DNA of 5,973 nt. Origin: Verrucomicrobiota bacterium (GTDB lineage: Bacteria; Verrucomicrobiota; Verrucomicrobiia; Chthoniobacterales; UBA6821). A program made the translations under genes and the position numbers. The notes below the pieces were generated by a model. It saw only the letters and a program-made list of their open reading frames with translations, was not told the origin of the DNA and did no database searches. The stretch spans positions 1-5,973 of the forward strand of contig WBXG01000077.1 in assembly GCA_008932965.1 (NCBI GenBank), in the 5' to 3' direction. Shown here in pieces: positions 1 to 5,831 of this stretch (positions are counted from its first letter, which is position 1; each line of letters begins with the position of its first letter).

Positions 1-882
1 AATATCCGCAATAGGTCTTCCCCTTTCAGGACCTCGTGTTGTCGGAACAATACAAAAAGTACAGTGCATGTTGCAGCCTTGCATGACAGAAATAAAGGCG
101 GTCGCAGGAACCCTCTCTTTAAACTCTACTGATGCAGCGACAAACGGCGTCGCGCCAGTGCTCGCGCCCTCGAGTACTTGATGTACACTCCGTTGCTGCG
201 CGCTGTCGGCTCCTTGTTTTTCATCAGCCTCAGCGAGTTTAAAGAGAGGGTTAGTAGTAGTGTTACCCGATATTACCGAAGTGAGGTTTGTGTATTGTAA
301 TTCTTCGGCAGCGACAAACGGCGTTGCGCCAGTGCTCGCGCCCTCGAGTACTTGATGTACACTCCGTTGCTGTGGATTTTTTTCTTTAAAATCAATCGTG
401 GCAGGCTCTAAAAAAAGATGATCTCGGATCGTATTTTGGGAATCCATTTCCGCCTCAATATCAACAATGGGAGTTCGAAAAACAGCTGCTAGTTCTCGGA
501 ACTCTTCTTGTTCTTCTTGGCTGCGACGCTTCAAAGCCTCCTCCACATAATCGGCTACACGATGAAATTTTTGAGTTCCAACAACTAAATCAACATGAGG
601 AGTTTTCTCAACAAGTGCTCCTCCTAGTCGTTGAGCCATACAGCCGAGGTACCCAAGGACAAGCTGGGGTTTATCGCGGCGGAGTTTTTTGAGAAAACCC
701 ATTTTTCCAATTGCCTTGCTTTCGGCCATTTCACGAACACTACAGGTATTGAGTAAAATGATATCAGCCTCTTTTTCATGTGTTGCTGGAATAAAACCAC
801 GGTCCACTAGGTCACGGGCGACCTGCTCTGAGTCGCGCTCATTCATTTGACAACCGTAGGTCTTGATAAAAAAACTGGGCAT
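1..882 (-). CDS. miaB: tRNA-i6A37 methylthiotransferase MiaB, N-terminal 294 codons (3' end lies beyond the window start)
   Basis: Hand translation of the reverse complement from ATG at 882..880 is open to position 1: MPSFFIKTYGCQMNERDSEQVARDLVDRGFIPATHEKEADIILLNTCSVREMAE...GYLGCMAQ...AFISVMQGCNMHCTFCIVPTTRGPERGRPIADI. It has the three N-terminal MTTase cysteines (YGCQMN, NTCSVRE, GCMAQ) and the radical-SAM CxxxCxxC motif (C270/C274/C277). The TYGCQMNExDSE signature is the MiaB type rather than RimO or MtaB. Confidence 0.9.
   Translation of the reverse strand, partial: MPSFFIKTYGCQMNERDSEQVARDLVDRGFIPATHEKEADIILLNTCSVREMAESKAIGKMGFLKKLRRDKPQLVLGYLGCMAQRLGGALVEKTPHVDLVVGTQKFHRVADYVEEALKRRSQEEQEEFRELAAVFRTPIVDIEAEMDSQNTIRDHLFLEPATIDFKEKNPQQRSVHQVLEGASTGATPFVAAEELQYTNLTSVISGNTTTNPLFKLAEADEKQGADSAQQRSVHQVLEGASTGATPFVAASVEFKERVPATAFISVMQGCNMHCTFCIVPTTRGPERGRPIADI
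109..252. repeat. 144-bp palindromic unit inside miaB, bounded by a perfect 18-bp inverted repeat
   Basis: 109..126 aaccctctctttaaactc is the exact reverse complement of 235..252 gagtttaaagagagggtt. A further ctgatg (129..134) / catcag (221..226) pair extends the symmetry imperfectly. The unit is 144 bp (48 codons), in frame with miaB, and encloses 65-mer copy 1. Confidence 0.9.
134..198. repeat. 65-bp GC-rich direct repeat, copy 1 (inside miaB)
   Basis: gcagcgacaaacggcgtcgcgccagtgctcgcgccctcgagtacttgatgtacactccgttgctg. It is about 63% GC by hand count (41/65) in a roughly 40% GC context. Its termini are partly self-complementary (gcagc..aacgg / ccgttgctg[c]; the final c at 199 lies just outside the 65-mer and is absent after copy 2). 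Confidence 0.95.
308..372. repeat. 65-bp GC-rich direct repeat, copy 2 (inside miaB)
   Basis: 64/65 identical to 134..198. The only difference is t325 versus c151, which is a synonymous third-codon position (GCA versus GCG, Ala) in the miaB frame. The offset is 174 bp (58 codons), so both copies encode QQRSVHQVLEGASTGATPFVAA. Confidence 0.95.
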
Positions 883-925
883 AAAAGATCCAGATTCTAC
901 CAGTTTATCACGTCAACGACTAGCC

Positions 926-946
926 CTGATATTGCATGCTTATCAG
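926..946. promoter_or_regulatory. 21-bp near-palindrome, candidate operator
   Basis: ctgata-tt-gcatgc-t-tatcag. The 6-bp arms are exact reverse complements around an inner gcatgc palindrome, with one nucleotide of asymmetry. It abuts the degenerate motif copy at 944..960. Confidence 0.25.
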
Positions 947-960
947 TATGAAAGATACGG
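944..960 (+). repeat. Degenerate copy (a) of the cagtatgaaa-ata-c-gg motif upstream of paralog 1
   Basis: cagtatgaaagatacgg compared with cagtatgaaatacccgg at 1873..1889. The first 10 nt are identical, followed by a 1-nt indel and partial matches. Confidence 0.4.
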
Positions 961-1022
961 ATTAGGATTTTTTTATGTGATTTCATTCTTGAAAAAAAAT
1001 AAACCAAAGTTTTACTAACGAG

Positions 1023-1700
1023 ATGCGTTACCTACTTCTGATTACGACCTTTTTCATTGTTCCTCTTTTTGCAGGTGAGTTAGTAACCAAGCAAAATGAT
1101 CATATGTACAATGCCCGTTATGGAGAAATTTTCATGGTAACCGGTGGGCCTCTTCATTTCAAAGGAGCGATTTATAATACCATCGGCTTGAATCAGTGCC
1201 CAGAGGATCTCTGGGAGAGATTGAACCCAGAGCAATTAAAAAAAGATTTTCATGTTGAGAAAGTTCTTCTCAATGGCCCTCGCTACTTTTTGATGGATCA
1301 AACTTCTCTTTTATATTCTGGAAAAATAAATTCTTTTCAGGGGCTTCAAGCCCGATTGTTAGCGACAATAGATATTCCACTTAAAAATCTATTACGCGGA
1401 GGCTCTCGACCCTACATAGAAAATAGTGTAGCCCGAACGACTCGTTATCTCTTTAAAAAGGGTCGTACTATCTATGAGCTCACTTCTCCCTCAGGAAAAA
1501 AATATGTCATGCAAAGCTACTCTCGAATCATTGATCCCAACATGAAAGTGAGTGATCTTAAAAATCTCCGAAGTCGCCTTCATCTCCCCTTGGGATGGAG
1601 TTATGAGTCAAGAAAACTGTCTCATGACTATTTGGTATGCTCCTCTGGTGTTGCTCATGTTATTCAAGATGATTTTAAGAATAGCTATCAGCGTGAATAA
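1023..1700 (+). CDS. Secreted or periplasmic protein of unknown function, paralog 1 (225 aa)
   Basis: Complete ORF. The N-terminus MRYLLLITTFFIVPLFA|GE looks like a Sec signal peptide (charged n-region, hydrophobic core, small residue at -1). It aligns without gaps to the ORF at 1902..2585, sharing blocks NARYGEI, VTGGP, YNTIG, CP, LNGPRYFLMD, GLQAR, LFKKGRT, YELTSP, YVMQSY, GWSY and NSYQ. Confidence 0.85.
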   Translation: MRYLLLITTFFIVPLFAGELVTKQNDHMYNARYGEIFMVTGGPLHFKGAIYNTIGLNQCPEDLWERLNPEQLKKDFHVEKVLLNGPRYFLMDQTSLLYSGKINSFQGLQARLLATIDIPLKNLLRGGSRPYIENSVARTTRYLFKKGRTIYELTSPSGKKYVMQSYSRIIDPNMKVSDLKNLRSRLHLPLGWSYESRKLSHDYLVCSSGVAHVIQDDFKNSYQRE

Positions 1701-1745
1701 TAAGAACAAAGCATCCTGAAGCCGTGAATAACAATAGAACATCGA

Positions 1746-1778
1746 AGCCGAATAAGTCTTCTTTGGCTATTTTCATTT
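1746..1778 (+). terminator. Weak candidate intrinsic terminator after paralog 1
   Basis: The hairpin agccgaa-taagtcttc-tttggct (1746..1768) has a 7-bp stem with one G-U pair and only 3 G-C pairs. It is followed by attttcattt. The stem is AT-rich, so this call is tentative. Confidence 0.25.
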
Positions 1779-1874
1779 CGATCAATGCTTCGAGTATCTT
1801 AAAAAGTGAGTATCGCTCCTCTGTCTGCAAACTCCCTTGCCCCATCAGCCTTCGCGGCCTCCTCGTCACAACCA

Positions 1875-1892
1875 GTATGAAATACCCGGGCT
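1875..1892 (+). repeat. 18-nt conserved motif, copy b (10 nt upstream of the paralog 2 start)
   Basis: gtatgaaatacccgggct is 17/18 identical to 2590..2607. Confidence 0.8.
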
Positions 1893-1901
1893 AGAATTAT
1901 C

Positions 1902-2585
1902 ATGTTTATCCCTTTTTTTCTTTTTTGGATTGTTACATTACTTACTTGTGCTTCGCTCTTCGGGCAGGAAGGAGGGACTGTGGATAACATGCGTAATGCT
2001 CGCTATGGTGAAATCATCGTCGTTACGGGGGGGCCATTTAGTTTTACTGGTCATGTTTATAATACCATTGGCTTTAGCAATTGTCCTGATGCGGTATGGA
2101 AGGGACTTAATGCACAACAAATAAAAAAAGAAATACATGCACGGGGAGTTAGCTTAAATGGTCCACGATATTTTTTAATGGATTCCGTATCAGTTTCTGA
2201 TCCCATAAAAATAAGAACCTTTGATGGGCTTCAAGCACGCCATATCACGAATCTAAAAATTCCACTCTCCACAGTGATCGAGGGAGGAGCCCCTCCCTAC
2301 ACTGATACGCTTCTTCTAAAAAGCACAGGTCTTCTATTTAAAAAAGGTAGAACCGTATACGAATTAACTTCACCCAAAGGGGATACCTATGTCATGCAAA
2401 GTTATCCCGAGCAAAATGATCCCCACTTCATTGAAACTGATCTTGCTACCATTGGAAACCGCCTCACTCTCCCGGCAGGTTGGAGTTATCGAGTGCGATC
2501 CTTAGATCAAGATCTTTTATTAAAGCCTGCAGATAAAACCTACGTTCTAAGAGATAACTTACAGAATAGTTATCAAAAGGAGTAG
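1902..2585 (+). CDS. Secreted or membrane-anchored protein of unknown function, paralog 2 (227 aa)
   Basis: Complete ORF. An in-frame stop at 1878..1880 fixes ATG 1902 as the only canonical start. The N-terminus MFIPFFLFWIVTLLTCASLFGQEGG is hydrophobic with no charged n-region, and LLTC is not a canonical lipobox. By my hand alignment about 99 of about 196 mature positions are identical to paralog 1. Confidence 0.85.
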   Translation: MFIPFFLFWIVTLLTCASLFGQEGGTVDNMRNARYGEIIVVTGGPFSFTGHVYNTIGFSNCPDAVWKGLNAQQIKKEIHARGVSLNGPRYFLMDSVSVSDPIKIRTFDGLQARHITNLKIPLSTVIEGGAPPYTDTLLLKSTGLLFKKGRTVYELTSPKGDTYVMQSYPEQNDPHFIETDLATIGNRLTLPAGWSYRVRSLDQDLLLKPADKTYVLRDNLQNSYQKE

Positions 2586-2589
2586 ATCG

Positions 2590-2607
2590 GTATGAAATAT
2601 CCGGGCT
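2590..2607 (+). repeat. 18-nt conserved motif, copy c (5 nt after the paralog 2 stop)
   Basis: gtatgaaatatccgggct is 17/18 identical to 1875..1892, offset 715 bp. Confidence 0.8.
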
Positions 2608-2641
2608 TGGGAGCTGCTTTTAGAAAACTAAAAAAAGAGAA

Positions 2642-4372
2642 CTACATTTTTTCAGGAACTTGAATTCCTAGAAGATGGAGTCCTTGCTTAAGCATGCTTG
2701 CAGTTACTGAGGCAAGTGCAAGGCGTGATTCTTTAATGCTCTCCTCAGATTTTAGAATGGGACAATGTTCGTAGAAATAATGAAATTTGTTGGCAAGCTC
2801 ATAAAGAGCAAGACAAAGAATATTAGGACGGGCATCGACAAGGATGCTTGGAATAATTTCTCCAAATTGTAGGAGCTGTAACACAAGACGCCGCTCGGCC
2901 TCTTCAGTAATGAGGATAGGACTAGAAAACTTCCTTTCTTCTTGTTCTAATCCCTCTTTCCGAAAAATGGAACGAATGCGAACATAAGCATTTTGGAGGT
3001 AAGGGGCAGTATTTCCTTGAAAAGAGAGCATTTTATCCCAGGAAAAAATAACATCGGTCATGCGGTGTTGCATGAGATCTGAATATTTAAGAGCCCCCAG
3101 TCCTATGGTCGTGGCTATCTTTCTTTTTTCTTCATCAGAAGAGTCAGGATTTCTTTCATTCACAATTTTTAAAGCTCTATCAATGGCTTCCTGAAGAAGG
3201 CTACCTAATTCGATATTTTCACCACTTCGGGTTTTCATCATCTTACGGTCTTCTCCTAGAATGCTTCCAAAAGCAATATGTCGAAAATCAGAAGTGAGTC
3301 CTAATTTACAAGCAACAGCAAAGAGTTGTTCAAAGTGAAGTTGCTGCGGCGCTCCACACACATACCAGACTGCATCGGGATGCCACCGTTGTTCTCGGTA
3401 TTCTAATGTAGCAATATCGGTAGTGGCGTAGAGAAAGCCTCCATCCGTTTTCTGAATTAAAAATGGTTTTTCCTCGAGAGTGGGATGATGAGGAAAGAAA
3501 ATAGCAACAGCCCCTTCACTTTTTTGGGCGATCGACTTGGCTAGGAGGCGCTTTACAAGGGGTTCTAAAGCATTATTGTAGAAACTCTCTCCTAATCGTT
3601 CATCAAAAGATACATCGAGCACATGATACAATTTTTCAAATTCTTGCCAGGAGAGGGCTACTACTTTTTTCCAGATATCTAAATTTTCTTCATCTCCCTT
3701 TTGTAATTTTACAAGCTCTTCACGTACGGAGACCTTGAGTCTTGGATCCTTTTCTTCAAGATCATTGACTTCGCGATAGAGGCGTACTAATTCCTGGATC
3801 GAATTTTTTTCAAGTGATTCTTTGTTCAATAAGTGCTTGAAACCATAAATCACTTTTCCAAACTGAGTTCCCCAATCCCCAAGGTGATTGTCGGTAATGA
3901 CCTGATGCCCTAAAAATCTTGCGATACGAGCAAGGCTCTCTCCTAAAATTGTACTTCGAATATGTCCCACATGCATCGTCTTAGCAATATTAGGAGAACT
4001 AAAATCGATAATGATGGTTTGTGGTTGAGGAGTTTTAGGAATCCCTAAACGAGGATCACGATGAAGTTCATCGATTTTTTTTTCTAAAAAAGTTTTCTGT
4101 AAACGGAAATTAATAAATCCTGCCCCCGCAATCTCTGGTCTCTCAGAGCAATCAGCAACATTTAAGTGAGCTACTAGTTGAGCAGCTATTTCTCGAGGGT
4201 TTTTCTTATGGTGCTTGGCTGCCACCATAGCAGCATTTGTTTGATAATCCCCAAATCGAGGATCAGCTGTCATTGTAATGAGAGCAAAATCGGGGGAGAG
4301 GTCCATTGATTCTAACGCAGCACGTAACCGTTCTGTTAAAATTTCCTGAGAAGTTTTATAGAAGGACATCAC
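2642..4372 (-). CDS. argS: Arginine--tRNA ligase (class I ArgRS)
   Basis: 576-aa ORF with the ArgRS N-terminal domain, the HIGH-type motif (AKTMHVGHIRST), the degenerate KMSKS region (KMMKTRSGENI) and a C-terminal anticodon-binding domain ending ...GIQVPEKM. The ORF-track start at 4372 is GTG. The ATG at 4369..4367, one codon in, is the more likely real start. Confidence 0.95.
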   Translation of the reverse strand: MMSFYKTSQEILTERLRAALESMDLSPDFALITMTADPRFGDYQTNAAMVAAKHHKKNPREIAAQLVAHLNVADCSERPEIAGAGFINFRLQKTFLEKKIDELHRDPRLGIPKTPQPQTIIIDFSSPNIAKTMHVGHIRSTILGESLARIARFLGHQVITDNHLGDWGTQFGKVIYGFKHLLNKESLEKNSIQELVRLYREVNDLEEKDPRLKVSVREELVKLQKGDEENLDIWKKVVALSWQEFEKLYHVLDVSFDERLGESFYNNALEPLVKRLLAKSIAQKSEGAVAIFFPHHPTLEEKPFLIQKTDGGFLYATTDIATLEYREQRWHPDAVWYVCGAPQQLHFEQLFAVACKLGLTSDFRHIAFGSILGEDRKMMKTRSGENIELGSLLQEAIDRALKIVNERNPDSSDEEKRKIATTIGLGALKYSDLMQHRMTDVIFSWDKMLSFQGNTAPYLQNAYVRIRSIFRKEGLEQEERKFSSPILITEEAERRLVLQLLQFGEIIPSILVDARPNILCLALYELANKFHYFYEHCPILKSEESIKESRLALASVTASMLKQGLHLLGIQVPEKM

Positions 4373-4373
4373 A

Positions 4374-5741
4374 TCAAAAAATCTTACCTAGCAAATAGCC
4401 TAGTAATTCATCAATGGCAATGCGGTGCTGCTTCATAGAATCACGCTCTCGAAGCGTGACAGTATTAGCAAGCTGAGGACCTGATTCTCCCAAGGTCTCA
4501 AAGTCGATCGTCACACAAAATGGGGTTCCAATTTCATCTTGGCGACGATAGCGACGACCAATAGCTCCCGATTCATCGTAAAAAACCATCATGTGTGCTC
4601 GAAGCATTTTTTCGATTTCATGAGCCTTCTTGACGAGGTCGGGTTTATTTTTAAGGAGTGGAAAAATTCCAACCTTCACCGGTGCCATACGTGGATGAAA
4701 ATGAAGCACCGTTCGGGTCTCTTTTTCTCCCTTTTCATTTTCGACCTCTTGTTCCTCAAAAGCCTCACAAAGCAGGGCTAATACCGTACGGTCAGCGCCA
4801 GCACTCGGTTCGATGACATGGGGAATAAATTTTTCTTTGGATTCTTCGTCAAAATAATCGAGTGGCTTTCCACTATGAGTCATATGCTGTTTTAAATCAT
4901 AATCTGTACGATAGGCAACCCCTTCGAGCTCTTGAATGCCAAAAGGAAATTCATATTCAAGGTCATAAGTTTTAAGTGAGTAAAAGGCACGTTCTCCATC
5001 AGGAATTTCCTTAACATGAATTTTAGAACGAGGGATTCCGATATCTTCATAAAAGCGAAGCCGCTCCTCAAGCCAGAGATCAAGCAGCTCGAGCCCTTGG
5101 CTTGGAGCACAAAAATATTCAATTTCCATTTGTTCAAACTCCCGAGAACGGAAGATAAAATTACGTGGATTGATTTCATTGCGAAATGCTTTTCCGATTT
5201 GTGCAATTCCAAAAGGGAGTTTTTTGCGTGAGGTCTCTAAAACATTGCGGAATTGGACAAAAATAGCCTGAGCTGTTTCAGGACGAAGATAGGTTTTATT
5301 AGTATCATCTGCCATTGGACCAACATGAGTCGTAAACATGAGATTGAAGTCACGAGGTTCGGTTTTGTCCCCTTCACAGCTAGCGACCATCTTACTTGGC
5401 TTTTGCGGGCAAGGAATGGATTCAATCTGATCAGCACGAAACCGTCCCTTGCACGTTTTACAATCAATCATGGGATCAGAAAAAGTCTGCTCATGACCAC
5501 TTGCTTGCCAGACAGCTCGATTCATTAAAATAGCTCCATCCATTCCAACCATATCCTCGCGCTCGCGTACAACTCGCCTCCACCAAAAATCCTTTAAGTG
5601 ACGCTTGAGCTCAACTCCCATAGGACCGTAATCCCAGACTCCATTAAGACCTCCATAGATTTCTGAGGAAGGAAAAATAAAACCACGCCTTTTGCAAAGG
5701 CTCACGATTTTTTCCATACGTGCTTCGTGTTCAGTACTCAT
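4374..5741 (-). CDS. glyQS: Glycine--tRNA ligase, single-chain alpha2 type (class II)
   Basis: 455-aa ORF. It has the N-terminus KRRGFIFPSSEIYGGLNGVWDYGPMGVELK, motif 2 (FRNEINPR..FRSREFEQMEIEYF), motif 3 (SAGADRTVLALL) and a C-terminal anticodon-binding domain. These are typical of the dimeric GlyRS found in Gram-positives, spirochaetes and Thermus. Confidence 0.95.
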   Translation of the reverse strand: MSTEHEARMEKIVSLCKRRGFIFPSSEIYGGLNGVWDYGPMGVELKRHLKDFWWRRVVREREDMVGMDGAILMNRAVWQASGHEQTFSDPMIDCKTCKGRFRADQIESIPCPQKPSKMVASCEGDKTEPRDFNLMFTTHVGPMADDTNKTYLRPETAQAIFVQFRNVLETSRKKLPFGIAQIGKAFRNEINPRNFIFRSREFEQMEIEYFCAPSQGLELLDLWLEERLRFYEDIGIPRSKIHVKEIPDGERAFYSLKTYDLEYEFPFGIQELEGVAYRTDYDLKQHMTHSGKPLDYFDEESKEKFIPHVIEPSAGADRTVLALLCEAFEEQEVENEKGEKETRTVLHFHPRMAPVKVGIFPLLKNKPDLVKKAHEIEKMLRAHMMVFYDESGAIGRRYRRQDEIGTPFCVTIDFETLGESGPQLANTVTLRERDSMKQHRIAIDELLGYLLGKIF

Positions 5742-5831
5742 GAGGATCTTGAGGTGGAGTAAATAGATTTTAGATGATGCAAAGATCGGTTGTATTAGAA
5801 GCCAAGGAGTATTGGCTCCGATGAGATCTTA

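Larger units (their letters stand above)
883..1022. promoter_or_regulatory. Divergent intergenic region that must hold the promoters for miaB (minus) and paralog 1 (plus)
   Basis: 140-bp AT-rich spacer between divergent starts at 882 and 1023. TTGAAA at 989..994 is a plausible -35 box, but the best -10 box at 17-18 bp spacing (tactaa, 1013..1018) is weak and too close to the ATG. No specific promoter is called. Confidence 0.35.

Noticed and set aside
221-229. The 9-mer catcagcct shared between the miaB insert and 1843..1851, taken alone as evidence of homology
   Set aside because: Single 9-mer matches are expected by chance many times in a 6-kb window on both strands. It is retained only as part of the colinear multi-block observation, which is reported at low confidence.
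134-372. The two 65-bp repeats as a CRISPR array, or the miaB insert as an intein
   Set aside because: There are only two copies, separated by 109 bp, both in frame inside a continuous ORF, with no cas genes nearby. The insert has no intein splice-junction or endonuclease motifs (no Cys/Ser at the N-terminal junction and no C-terminal His-Asn).
469-480. gggagttcgaaa, resembling a tRNA T-arm (GGTTCGAA)
   Set aside because: It lies inside the miaB reading frame, and no acceptor, D or anticodon stems can be drawn around it.
1675-2138. ORFs 1675..1869(-), 1799..1990(-), 1837..2124(+) and 1938..2138(-)
   Set aside because: They overlap the paralog 2 coding frame or the spacer. They have no paralog, motif or signal support, and their arginine/proline-rich or repetitive translations look non-coding. 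Paralog 2 is validated by its alignment to paralog 1.
2586-2641. Bidirectional terminator between the convergent paralog 2 and argS
   Set aside because: The only hairpin is ttttag-aaaa-ctaaaa (2618..2633), which is almost entirely A-U and too weak to call. The 56-bp gap is otherwise occupied by motif copy c.
4539-5528. Five ORFs of 71-106 aa (4539..4781+, 4892..5212-, 5016..5231+, 5237..5467-, 5253..5528+) listed in the ORF track
   Set aside because: All lie entirely within glyQS, either antisense or out of frame. The glyQS frame has unmistakable class II GlyRS motifs, whereas these have low-complexity, unrecognisable translations typical of shadow ORFs in AT-rich DNA.
5742-5831. Possible T-box leader or promoter upstream of glyQS, and the hairpin agccaa-ggagta-ttggct at 5800..5817 as a terminator for the upstream gene
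   Set aside because: The spacer is only 90 bp, too short for a T-box riboswitch (typically over 200 nt), and I see no specifier or T-box consensus. On the transcribed strand the 6-bp hairpin is followed by tctaatacaacc rather than a U-tract, so it is not a convincing intrinsic terminator.
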